Shown: piece after piece, positions 9,606-18,878 of the stretch
How positions within the stretch are numbered: the stretch's first letter is position 1
Layout of the letters: the number at the start of each line of letters is the position of its first letter
Assembly: GCA_965203055.1 (NCBI GenBank)
Contig: OZ241863.1
Span: 4,160,001-4,224,000, forward strand
From: Spirochaetia bacterium
Lineage (GTDB): Bacteria > Spirochaetota > Spirochaetia > SZUA-6 > Bin103
Length of the DNA: 64,000 nt
Direction: 5' to 3'
The notes under the pieces: generated by a model
Database searches by the model: none
The model's input: only the letters and a program-made list of their open reading frames with translations
Told to the model about the DNA's origin: nothing
Translations under genes and position numbers: made by a program

Positions 9606-9880
9606 TGGGATTCACCGGCCGGCTGGAGGCCATGCCGGCACATGGCGTCGCGCGCGCGGGCGATTTCCGCTGCCAGGAGTTCGTCCTCGGGTGGGGTGGT
9701 TTGGTACTCGGCGGTCAGCACGTGGTTCGGCAGGCCGTTGAGCGCATAGGAGGCGACCGCGGCACTCTTCTGAGCATAGAAGATCGAGCCTTCGGGGTGG
9801 ATCAGATTCTCCAGACACCGTCTGGAGAATTCATTCATGGGGGAGCAGGCAGATTTGCCAGACAGTGTCTGGCAAATCTG
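9546..9880. repeat. Three related perfect palindromes plus one half-site (ATTYKCCAGAC-N3-GTCTGGMRAAT)
   Basis: 9559-9585 gatttgccagac-gct-gtctggcaaatc; 9806-9830 attctccagac-acc-gtctggagaat; 9850-9880 cagatttgccagac-agt-gtctggcaaatctg; half-site gtctggca at 9546-9553. Confidence 0.9.
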
Positions 9881-10096
9881 ATCTATCCGAAAAGAGAGAT
9901 AGAATTGGCGCATCTGCTGAATGTTCTGACGTGAAAAGCCGCGCCCGAACCGTTGCGTCAGATCCACCGCGAGTCTGGCGAGGAGCGCGGCGCCGTATGC
10001 CTCCACGATGCGCTGGCCGATCATCCAATAGGCGGCGGTCATGGCCGCGTTTACCGACCGGACAGCCGCGCTGTCGTTGATCGTCTCAGCGTCCAC
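9602..10096 (-). pseudogene. DUF1016/YhcG remnant with the nuclease core deleted
   Basis: The N-terminal part (AVRSVNAAMTAAYWMIGQRIVE...RFGRGFSRQNIQQMRQFY) is joined almost directly to a YhcG-like C-terminal tail (YALNGLPNHVLTAEYQT); only 164 aa. Confidence 0.75.
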
Positions 10097-10926
10097 GCGT
10101 TGCGTCCTTCCAGAGTCGGACCGTGAAGCGGTACTCCTCGGCGATCAGGTCGGGCTCGGTACCGTTGTGGGCCTTCATCCCGGGGATGATCTTGTTGCGC
10201 ACTCCCATGCCGCGGCCATCGACGTATCCGTAATCGCGCATGACGTTGACCAGAAGCGGATTGTGGGCAAACCGGGTGCCCAGCTTCATGTCCTCGGGGG
10301 GTACGATGTTGGGACGCCGGACGGGGGCTCAAGATTTCCAGGCGGTTGGAGTATATGACCAGCATGACGTCGGTGCCGGCGATGCTGTAGTCGCGGTGGA
10401 TGAGCGCATTCGCCACCGCTTCGCGGATCACCTCTTCCGGGTATTCCGAACCGTCGCCCCGCCGGGGGCCGTCGAGCCGCGCGGCAGGCGTCGTGTTGCG
10501 GCGTACGAAGTCCCACGCCTGATCCACCAACCCCGGCTCCAGCGGCAGTCCATCCTGGGTGCGAAGCGGGGTCATCGGTCCGCGCAGATCTTCGTCGGCG
10601 CGGACCGCCTTGCCCGGCTGCTCGCCGGGGTAGCAGATCGCCCGAATGCCAGATTGCGCCAGCCAACGCTTGGGGTTCGTTCCGAACAGGAGCATCCCGG
10701 CGATGGTCGCGATCGGCTTCTCCATTACGGTCGTGGCCATGTTCCAGTTCGACAGCACGGCCCACCATGCGCCGGGATCGTCGCCACTCGGAGCATCGTC
10801 CGCCAGTACGGATGCGGCGTACTCGTGCAGGCGGCGGAGATCGAACGTACCGATCTCCGCAAGTGGGGCCGTCGGCACCGGCTTCAACGTATAGCGAGCC
10901 AGATCCGGGTATGTTGTTCTGTTCAT
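10086..10926 (-). pseudogene. RecG-C-terminal-like (HATPase_c_4) ATP-binding protein, frameshifted
   Basis: YPEEVIREAVANALIHRDYS...RLEILSP in one frame continues as PNIVPPEDMKLGTRFAHNPLLVNVMRDYGYVDGRGMG in another; frameshift near 10315. The usual N-terminal AlbA domain is absent. Confidence 0.75.
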
Positions 10927-13900
10927 GGTGGCGGGGACGCTCCGTAGGGGATGATACCACGTTCGCGGATTTCCATGGGCGGCTGCAGGGCGTCGATGCT
11001 CAGCCAGTAGTGCTGGACCTTCATCACCTCGCGCCACGGGAAGCGGGCGGGGTCGCGGACCGGCTCCTGCAGCGTGGGGGCGGTGGCGCAGTCGGTGACC
11101 ACGTACAGCCAGTAGCAGTCGGGCCGGTCCTCGGCGACGCGGCGCTCGTTCGGAGTGAGCAGGATGCTGCCGGCCGCGCCGGCCAGTCCCTTCACCTCGA
11201 TCAGGCGCAGCTCGCCCGATTGCAGGTCCAGGCTGGTCACGTCGTAGCCCAGGTTCTTCTCGTGCACGTCGTAGACCTGCCGGCCCTCCGCGGCCTCATG
11301 CCGCATGACGGTCCGCATCGCCGTCAGCTCGGTCTCGGGATCGGGGCGCAGCCGGCGCACCGCCGCGGCGTCCCGTTCCGGGTGGGGCAGGATCAGCGCG
11401 CTGGCCAGCCGTTCGACCGCCTGCAGGGTGACCGCCCGCTGCCGCCCCGACTCCTCGCGGCGGCGCTCGCGGCGCGCCAGCAGCTCGGCGTGGCGCGCCT
11501 CGGCCTGGGCCAGGCGCCCCTCGGCGCCGGCGGCCTCGTGTTCCGGGTCATCGGCGGCGCGGCCGATCTCGTGATCGACGCGCTGCAACACCTCGGTCAG
11601 CGCCAGCTCGACGTGGCCGGCGACGCGGTCGACCTCGGCCACGCGCTCGGCGCGCACCTCGTCCAGGAACGGCGCCAGCGCGCGCTCGTGGAGCCAGCCG
11701 GTCGCCTCCGGGAGGGACGCCGCGGCCGGCAGCTCGGCGGGAGCGGGCGCCGGGCTCAGGTTGCCGAGCAGGTCCGGGCCGCGCAGGCGCGGCTCGCCGC
11801 CGGCGGTCAGCTCCACCGCGAACAGCCGTTCGTGGATCACGCGGCCCAGGCCGTCCACGATGCGCGCGCGGTAGCAGTCGAGGCGCGCCGGCGCGGCGTG
11901 CGCCAGCGAGTGGAAGCAGGCGCCGCGGCTGCAGGCATCCTGCCCGCGCGCCAGGCTATGCCGGCGCAGCGCCTCGAACAGCGGATGGCCGGGGGTGACC
12001 CATTCCAGCGCCTGCCGCTCCGCGGTGTCGCGGTCGGTGGTGAGCCGCGGGTAGCGCGCGGCCAGCGCCGGCAGCTTCCAGTCCGGGTCGCGCTCGTGGC
12101 GGCGCAACGCCGCCGGCGTGCGCCCGGGATCGAAGGTATGCGCCATGCCGCGCACCGGCCGCAGCGGCAGGGCCGCGCCGCCGGCGCACTCGGCGATGAA
12201 GCGGGCGATCGTCTCCGGCACCACCCGCCGCTCCTGCGCGCGGGCGCGGCGCTCGATCAGCAGGTCCAGGTTGAGCTTGCGGGCGGCCAGTCCTTCCAGG
12301 GCGGTCCGGCAGATCGACCGGAAGCGCCCCTCGTCCACGTCGCGCAGCAGCCGCTCCTCCAGGTCGGCGTCGCCCAGCTTGCCGGCGTAGTAGTCGCGCA
12401 GCACGCGCTCCACCTGCGCGGACGGCAGCACCTCGCCCACCACGTTGAACACCGCGTCGTCGTCGAGGGCGTCGCGGATCTCCCGGAGCCTGTCCAGCAG
12501 CCGCCGCAGCACGCGGCCCTCGATGGTGTTGGCCGCCACGAAGTTGAAGATCAGGCAGTCGCGCCGCTGCCCGTAGCGGTGGATGCGGCCCATGCGCTGC
12601 TCCAGCCGGTTCGGGTTCCACGGGATGTCGTAGTTGAACAGGATGTGGCAGCACTGCAGGTTGATGCCTTCGCCGGCCGCCTCGGTGGCGACCAGCACCT
12701 GGATCTCGCCGTCGCGGAACCGCTGCTCGGCGTGCAGCCGCGTCCCCGGTTCGTCGCGCGCGCCCGGCTTCATGCCGCCGTGGATGCAGCCCGCGGCGAA
12801 GCCCCACGCCGTGAGCCGCTCCAGCAGGTAATCGAGCGTGTCCCGGAACTCGGTGAAGATCAGCAGCCGCTGGCCGGGCCGGTCGAAGAACCCCTCATCC
12901 CGCATGATCGACCGCAACCGGCGCAGCTTCGCCTCGCTGCCCGCGGCTTCGACCGCCTGCGCCTGCCGCGCCAGGCCGCGCAGCTCGGCCGCTTCCTCCC
13001 GCACCTGCGCGGCGTTGCCGGCCAGCGTGACCGCCTCCAGGATGCGCTCCAGCCGTTCGCGCTCGGCGTCTTCGAGCTCGTCGAGCTCATCCTGGTCGGG
13101 AAGCTGCGGCGGCGCCGCGCGCAGCAGCTCGCGGGCGCGGCTCAGTCCCTCCTCCAGGCGCCGCGCCCGGTTTTCGAGCGACCGCCGCAGGGCATGGGTG
13201 CTCGACGCCAGGCGCCGCTGGTACAGCGCCATAAGGAATCCCACGGCGCGCGCCCGCGGGTCGTCGTCCTGCGCCGCGGCGCGGGCGCTCTGCCGTTTCA
13301 CGAAGCGCGTGACCGTGCGGTAGAGCTCGTGCTCGGCGCCGTCGATGGCGAAGCCGGCGGTACGCGCGATGCGCTTGGTGAATACCGGCCGGGCAGTCCA
13401 GGCGCCGTTCTCCTGCCGCTCCGGGAAGTAGACCATCGCCTCCTTGGTGCGGCGCAGGTAGAACGGGGCGCGCCGCTGCTCCATCGCCCGGCGGATCGAG
13501 GTCACGTCGGCGTAGGCGTCCCGGTCGAGGAGCTGCAGGAACAGCGTGAAGTTGCCGGCGTCGCCCTTGTGCGGGGTGGCGGTCAGCAGCAGCACGTGAT
13601 CGGCGCGGTCGCGCAGCAGCTCGCCCAGCCGGTAGCGCTGGCTCTTGTGGGTCTCGTCCCGCGCCGACATGCGGTGCGCCTCGTCGACGATCACCAGGTC
13701 CCAGCGCACCTGCGCCAGTCCGGGCAGGATGTCGGCGCGCTTGGCCAGGTCGAGCGAGGTGATGACCTGCCGCTGCTCCAGCCACTGGTTGACGCCGAAC
13801 TGGCCGCGCAGGTCGGCGCCCTTCAGCACGACGAACCGCTCCTCGAACTTCTCGTTGAGCTCGCGCTGCCACTGGAACGCCAGGTTCGCGGGGCCGACCA

Positions 13901-14405
13901 CCAGGATGCGTTCGATCAGGCCGCGCAGCTTGAGCTCGCGGATCAGCAGGCCGGCCATGATCGTCTTGCCGGCGCCGGCGTCGTCGGCCAGCAGGAAGCG
14001 CACGCGCGGCAGCTTGAGGAGGTGTTCGTAGACCGCTTCGAGCTGATGCGGCAGGGGGTCCACCCGTGAGATCGACAGCCCGAAGTAGGGCTCGAACTCG
14101 TAGGCGATGCCGAGCGCGTAGGCCTGCAGGGCGAGGCGCAGCAGCCGGCCGTCGCCGTCATAGGAGCGGGCGGCGTCGGCGATGGTCAGCGCGGCGAGGT
14201 CGGCCGCGGTCAGCGTGACCCGCCGGAACCGCTCCGACTGCCGGCCGACCAAGCCCGCGATCCAGGTGTCCGGCCCGTTCGAACGCACCGTCTCCACCAG
14301 CATCGGCTCGCTGAACAGCGGGCCGCTCAGAATCTGTCCTTCCCGGATGGCGGAGATGGCGGCCGCGGAGCTTGCGGTCGATGGCACGGAGGGAGTATGC
14401 CCCAT
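10923..14405 (-). CDS. SNF2-family helicase with C-terminal DUF3883 nuclease-like domain
   Basis: LLADDAGAGKT, VIVDEAHR, LLTATPH, TEAAGEGINLQ, EQRMGRIHRYGQ; C-terminal GYDVTS...LIEVKG. Start uncertain (ORF open to 14456). Confidence 0.9.
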   Translation of the reverse strand: MGHTPSVPSTASSAAAISAIREGQILSGPLFSEPMLVETVRSNGPDTWIAGLVGRQSERFRRVTLTAADLAALTIADAARSYDGDGRLLRLALQAYALGIAYEFEPYFGLSISRVDPLPHQLEAVYEHLLKLPRVRFLLADDAGAGKTIMAGLLIRELKLRGLIERILVVGPANLAFQWQRELNEKFEERFVVLKGADLRGQFGVNQWLEQRQVITSLDLAKRADILPGLAQVRWDLVIVDEAHRMSARDETHKSQRYRLGELLRDRADHVLLLTATPHKGDAGNFTLFLQLLDRDAYADVTSIRRAMEQRRAPFYLRRTKEAMVYFPERQENGAWTARPVFTKRIARTAGFAIDGAEHELYRTVTRFVKRQSARAAAQDDDPRARAVGFLMALYQRRLASSTHALRRSLENRARRLEEGLSRARELLRAAPPQLPDQDELDELEDAERERLERILEAVTLAGNAAQVREEAAELRGLARQAQAVEAAGSEAKLRRLRSIMRDEGFFDRPGQRLLIFTEFRDTLDYLLERLTAWGFAAGCIHGGMKPGARDEPGTRLHAEQRFRDGEIQVLVATEAAGEGINLQCCHILFNYDIPWNPNRLEQRMGRIHRYGQRRDCLIFNFVAANTIEGRVLRRLLDRLREIRDALDDDAVFNVVGEVLPSAQVERVLRDYYAGKLGDADLEERLLRDVDEGRFRSICRTALEGLAARKLNLDLLIERRARAQERRVVPETIARFIAECAGGAALPLRPVRGMAHTFDPGRTPAALRRHERDPDWKLPALAARYPRLTTDRDTAERQALEWVTPGHPLFEALRRHSLARGQDACSRGACFHSLAHAAPARLDCYRARIVDGLGRVIHERLFAVELTAGGEPRLRGPDLLGNLSPAPAPAELPAAASLPEATGWLHERALAPFLDEVRAERVAEVDRVAGHVELALTEVLQRVDHEIGRAADDPEHEAAGAEGRLAQAEARHAELLARRERRREESGRQRAVTLQAVERLASALILPHPERDAAAVRRLRPDPETELTAMRTVMRHEAAEGRQVYDVHEKNLGYDVTSLDLQSGELRLIEVKGLAGAAGSILLTPNERRVAEDRPDCYWLYVVTDCATAPTLQEPVRDPARFPWREVMKVQHYWLSIDALQPPMEIRERGIIPYGASPPP

Positions 14406-14557
14406 CCATCGCAAAGATGCCGTCCGGCGGCACCACCGCAACCGCCACGGCAACACTGGCAGAGGGCGGCTACGATCGGTACCAGAACCTGTATTGGGCG
14501 CGCCAAACGCTGTACGGCAAGCAGCTTCGGGTTCAGGTAGTGGAAGGGTGAGTCAGG

Positions 14558-15721
14558 TCACTCACGGTCGAACAGGCTTCCGGTCACCACCTGCAGCAGC
14601 CGTTCCCGTATCGTTCGGCTGGAGGCCGCCAGATCGACGGTGGCGAAGCGCACTTCGTGGCCCTGGATGACCGCGGCTTCGTAGACGCTCCCCCGGACTG
14701 ACGGGTGCAGCAACATTCCGGTCGCGCCGAGCGACCGCGGATCGTCCGGTCGCTCCTGCGACCGGACGTAAGCGTATATCTGGTAGAGATGTCCACTGTG
14801 GAACGTCTCTTTCCCGTAATGGCCCGACGCCACGATCGACGTGAACTTGGTGTCGATGATGATTCGGCGGTCGCGGGATTCGAGCACTATGTCGGCCGTC
14901 ATCGACGGGAGGAGCGCACTCAGTCCGGATGTGCCGCCTTCCACCTGCCAATGCATCTGCCTCCCTGTCCGGGTGGTCCACTCCGATGGCGGCAACACCA
15001 CGTCGTAGAAGCCGCCCACCGCCGCTTCGAACAGCCTCCGCGCCCAGTGCTCATCGCGGTCGGGCGAACGCAGATACGCTCCGCCGGCGGTCTCGGTTGG
15101 CAGCGCGAGGCTGAAGGCGAGTTCGGCCGCGGCCATCATGGTCCGGTCCTCCGGGTCCATGCGTCCCCGCAACTCGGCGGCGGCGCCGCTCCGTCCGCGC
15201 GGGCTGGCCAGAGCGGGGTCGGAGCTCACGCCGGCGGCCTCCAGGCGGGCGCCCGCGGCGCGGCACCGGGAAGCCAGCTCCGCCGTGCCGACCACCGGGA
15301 CCAACTGCTGCGCGGCGGCCCGTACGTACCGATTGCGCGGCGTGTCGACCGTCAGTTCCTCGTACCGGCAGGCGACTCGGCCCCGCCGCAGCAGGTGACG
15401 CCGTTCGGTGCGCAGCAGGTCGATGCGGCCGCGCACGCGCCTCAGGTCCGCGCTGGTTTCCTGGAATGCGAAGCTCAGGTTGCGCCGCAGCCGCCGCTCG
15501 ATGGCGCGGGTAAGGAGCTGCGCCACCAGGTCGGGGAGCTCATCCGGGTTGTCCTCGACGGCGACCCGCCGAGCCGGCGGCAGCTCCCGGTAGAGACGGG
15601 AGGCGTACAGCATCAGCAGCCAGAGGTTGCGGATCGGAATCCGGCCGACGTTGCCGCGGCCAGCGGCGACTGCCGGCTCACTCGCGGCGGGCAGCGCCGC
15701 CTCCGTACCGTCGGCCGCCAT
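14558..15721 (-). CDS. mcrC: McrC-family restriction subunit
   Basis: RIPIRNLWLLMLYAS, LFEAAVGGFY, MTADIVL...IIIDTKF, HLYQIYAY. The start overlaps the mcrB stop. Confidence 0.88.
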   Translation of the reverse strand: MAADGTEAALPAASEPAVAAGRGNVGRIPIRNLWLLMLYASRLYRELPPARRVAVEDNPDELPDLVAQLLTRAIERRLRRNLSFAFQETSADLRRVRGRIDLLRTERRHLLRRGRVACRYEELTVDTPRNRYVRAAAQQLVPVVGTAELASRCRAAGARLEAAGVSSDPALASPRGRSGAAAELRGRMDPEDRTMMAAAELAFSLALPTETAGGAYLRSPDRDEHWARRLFEAAVGGFYDVVLPPSEWTTRTGRQMHWQVEGGTSGLSALLPSMTADIVLESRDRRIIIDTKFTSIVASGHYGKETFHSGHLYQIYAYVRSQERPDDPRSLGATGMLLHPSVRGSVYEAAVIQGHEVRFATVDLAASSRTIRERLLQVVTGSLFDRE

Positions 15722-17865
15722 CAGAGGTCCGCGAGCAGGTGCTTCTCCCGGGCATCGGCCTTGTCGGGCTGGTCGAACCAGTATTCGCGGAGCAGCGGCC
15801 CGATCTCCGTTTCGACCACCTCGCGGTACCACGCTTCCGGGCTGGCGATACGGGTCTCCGGCGCGACCGTAAGATAGCTGTGGCCCACCCGAAACTGCCT
15901 GCCCAGACTGGCGTCCGCCGAGATTGCTTCGTTCAGCGCATCCATTCGGTCGGCAACGTTCCCCAGGAAGCTATCTTCGAAGCCTCCTTGATCCCGCATC
16001 CACCGGCGCCATGACTCGCCGAAGACCGGCTCCAGATCGACGAACGCGAACCGGCGGCGCAGCGCCAGATCGACCAGGGCCAGCGACCGGTCGGCGACGT
16101 TCATGGTGCCGATCAGATAGACGTTGGGCGGAACGTGGACCCGCTCGCGTTCATCACGAGGAAAGGCGAGCGCCAGCGCCTCGTCCGGCGTCCGCTTGTC
16201 GGCCTCCAACAAGGTGAGCATCTCGCCGAAGATCTGCGCCGGGTTCCCGCGATTGATCTCCTCGATCACCATGACGTAGGCGTGTTCGGGATCGTTCCGC
16301 GCCTCCTCCGTCAACTTCAGGAGCGGCCCGTTGGTCAGTTCCAGCAGTCCCTCGACCGGACGATGGCCGCGCACGAAGTCCTCGTATGACAGGTTGGGAT
16401 GAAATTGCAGATGGCGGATTCGGCCCTCATCCTTGCGGCCGAGCAAGGCGAACGCCAATTTCTTGGCCAACCAAGTCTTGCCCGTCCCCGATGGTCCCTG
16501 CAGAATCAGGTTCTTACGAGTCCGCAACCGGCGGAGCACCTTGTCGAGCGCTTCCCGTGGAAGGAAGCAGCCATCGGCGAGAATAGCGTCGATGGTGTAC
16601 TCGGCGGGCGGTGGTGGCGGCTCTGGATCGCGGCCATCACCGTCGTGCGTCGATTGCCCGTTGTCAATTGGTTTGGAGTCGTTTTGGTTATACGCTGACC
16701 ACGTCAATTCCGGGAACGAGCGGACCGGAGTGTCCGGTTCACGGAATCGCCCCAGCAGCCGGTCCCTCAATTCCAGGTATTCCCGGGCATTTCCGGGGAG
16801 GACACCTTCTCCCAGTCTATCCTCGATATACTTGAACGAGCTCTTGTCCAGCGAAGGGAAGCTCCCCGGACGAATCCAGTAGAGGCCCATGGTAAGCTTG
16901 GGGACACCGACCTGCTTTACGGTCAGTGCGTCGTCGTAGGACCGTACGAATGCCTCGCGAAAACGTTCATCGTCCATGTCGGCGACTTCTATTGCGTCAG
17001 AAAACAATCTCCACAAAGCGTCGATATCGCCAGGTTTGCGATCTCTGGTGTGGCCGAAGAACCGAACGTTCCAGTTATTCGCCAACGGTATTCCATCTAT
17101 TTTCCAATCCAACGCAGGAGTCGGTTCCTGTACTCCGAGAAAGGTCGCCAACTCGCTGGCGATGCTCCGGCGATTGGCGTCCTTTATATTTCTATTGACA
17201 AGTCCAATGGTCGTAAAGGGACAGATATCCTGAAGGGGACTGGGGCCATCGTCGAATTGGTCGAGCGGGAAAGGGCGACTGAGCCGAGCGGAAATCGCAT
17301 GCAGCTCGGCGATCAGAGGACCGCGGTCGTCCCGGTATTGCAGCAGCTTGTCAGCTATCTCGGAGAAGAACTCAGTCCATCTAAACCGACCCTTATCTAT
17401 CCAGTTTGGCGATTTCAGGAAGCTCTCGACGTCCTGTTGCTCGCCGTCGAGCGCGAACCGGACCAGCGCGGCCGATGCTCCCGACGAGGGCTGAACTTTC
17501 CAGATCGTCCTGTGATGGGTGTAGAAGTACCACTCTCGCGGCGGACGCACCGGCTTCCAGGCAACTTTCAATCGGCGGCCGTCGCCCAGGTTCTCCGTGA
17601 CTTCGCCGACGGCCTTGATCTTCAGTGCCGAGACCGGTACTCCACGATTGTCGAACGGCAACCCCTGCTTCCGTGTGTACGTCGACTTGATGACGATCCG
17701 GTCGCCGGGCCGGACCGACTTGACCTCATCGAGGTAACGATCGGTATCTCCGTTTTCCCACACCCCTTCCGCCAGGAAACGCTCGGTCTGATCCGGCGGC
17801 TCGTGGTCGTGCCACGTAGCCCCGACGAACCAGACCGGACGCTCTAGCGTCGTGGAGTGATCCAT
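15721..17865 (-). CDS. mcrB: McrB-family AAA+ GTPase
   Basis: GPSGTGKT, QFHPNLSYEDFV, IEEINRGN, GTMNVADRS, ALRRRF. ATG 17865 has AGGA upstream. Confidence 0.9.
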   Translation of the reverse strand: MDHSTTLERPVWFVGATWHDHEPPDQTERFLAEGVWENGDTDRYLDEVKSVRPGDRIVIKSTYTRKQGLPFDNRGVPVSALKIKAVGEVTENLGDGRRLKVAWKPVRPPREWYFYTHHRTIWKVQPSSGASAALVRFALDGEQQDVESFLKSPNWIDKGRFRWTEFFSEIADKLLQYRDDRGPLIAELHAISARLSRPFPLDQFDDGPSPLQDICPFTTIGLVNRNIKDANRRSIASELATFLGVQEPTPALDWKIDGIPLANNWNVRFFGHTRDRKPGDIDALWRLFSDAIEVADMDDERFREAFVRSYDDALTVKQVGVPKLTMGLYWIRPGSFPSLDKSSFKYIEDRLGEGVLPGNAREYLELRDRLLGRFREPDTPVRSFPELTWSAYNQNDSKPIDNGQSTHDGDGRDPEPPPPPAEYTIDAILADGCFLPREALDKVLRRLRTRKNLILQGPSGTGKTWLAKKLAFALLGRKDEGRIRHLQFHPNLSYEDFVRGHRPVEGLLELTNGPLLKLTEEARNDPEHAYVMVIEEINRGNPAQIFGEMLTLLEADKRTPDEALALAFPRDERERVHVPPNVYLIGTMNVADRSLALVDLALRRRFAFVDLEPVFGESWRRWMRDQGGFEDSFLGNVADRMDALNEAISADASLGRQFRVGHSYLTVAPETRIASPEAWYREVVETEIGPLLREYWFDQPDKADAREKHLLADL

Positions 17866-17876
17866 GTCAATTCCTG

Positions 17877-18872
17877 CTAGTCCCACTCCAGGGAGCCGGC
17901 AGTCTGGTATTCGGTTACCCTGGTCTCGAAGAAGTTCTTTTCCTTGTTCAGGTCCATGGTCTGACCCATCCACGGGAACGGGTTGGGTGTTTCATACTGG
18001 CGCGGCAGGCCGATCCGCTCCAGCCGGCGGTCGGCGATGTACTCCACGTAGTTCGCGAACTGCGCGGCGTTGATGCCGAGCAGCCCCTCGGGGCAGGCAT
18101 CGTGCGCGTAGGCCTGTTCGAATTCGACCCCGCGCCGCACCAGGCGGATGGTCTCGGCCTGCAGCTCCTCGCTCCAGGCCGCCGGATATTCCTGCTTGAT
18201 GGTATTGATCAGGTCGCAGCCGAACGCCAGGTGCACGCTCTCGTCGCGCATGATGAACTCGAACTGCTCGCCGATGCCGACCATCTTGCCCTGCCGCTTG
18301 AGGGCCAGCATCATCGCGAACCCGGCGTAGAAGAAGATGCCCTCCATGATCAGGTAGTAGCCGATCAGGTCGCGCAGAAAGCGCTGCACGTCGTCGGTGC
18401 CGGCGGTGGTGAACGCCGGATCGAAGATCGAGTGGGTGAGATCTATCACGAAGCCATCCTTCTCGCGGATGCTGGGGATGGTGTGATACATGGTGTAGAT
18501 CTCCTCCGGGTCGAGGCCCAGGGAGTCGCAGCAGTAGATGAAGGTGTCGGTGTGGATCGCTTCCTCGAACGCCTGGCGCAGCAGATACTGGCGGCACTCC
18601 GGGTTGGTCACGTGGCGGTACACCGCCAGCACGATGTTGTTCGCGGTCAGCGATTCGGCGGTGGAGAAGAACCCCAGGTTGCGCAGGATCAGGCGGCGTT
18701 CGGTCGCGCTGAGCACGTCGTCGGCCTTCCACTGCTCGACGTCCTTCTGCATGGAGACCTCTTCCGGCACCCAGTTGTTGGCGACGCCGTTCTTGTAGTA
18801 CTCGCGCGCCCACGGGTAGCTCAGCGGCAGGATCTTGTTGGGGTCGGTAGCGGTCGCGCTGAGGATGGCCAT
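17877..18872 (-). CDS. nrdB: Ribonucleotide reductase beta subunit, class Ic (R2c)-type residues
   Basis: FFSTAESL, FEEAIHTDTF, MEGIFFY, RDESVH, KNFFETRVTEY. Confidence 0.92.
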   Translation of the reverse strand: MAILSATATDPNKILPLSYPWAREYYKNGVANNWVPEEVSMQKDVEQWKADDVLSATERRLILRNLGFFSTAESLTANNIVLAVYRHVTNPECRQYLLRQAFEEAIHTDTFIYCCDSLGLDPEEIYTMYHTIPSIREKDGFVIDLTHSIFDPAFTTAGTDDVQRFLRDLIGYYLIMEGIFFYAGFAMMLALKRQGKMVGIGEQFEFIMRDESVHLAFGCDLINTIKQEYPAAWSEELQAETIRLVRRGVEFEQAYAHDACPEGLLGINAAQFANYVEYIADRRLERIGLPRQYETPNPFPWMGQTMDLNKEKNFFETRVTEYQTAGSLEWD

Positions 18873-18878
18873 TCGGGT

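Noticed and set aside
1..17865. Calling the island a prophage, ICE or integron
   Set aside because: No integrase, transposase, phage or conjugation genes, and no attC-like array visible in the window.
17865..17973. Longer McrB start at 17973
   Set aside because: It would overlap nrdB by about 100 bp; ATG 17865 has an RBS.
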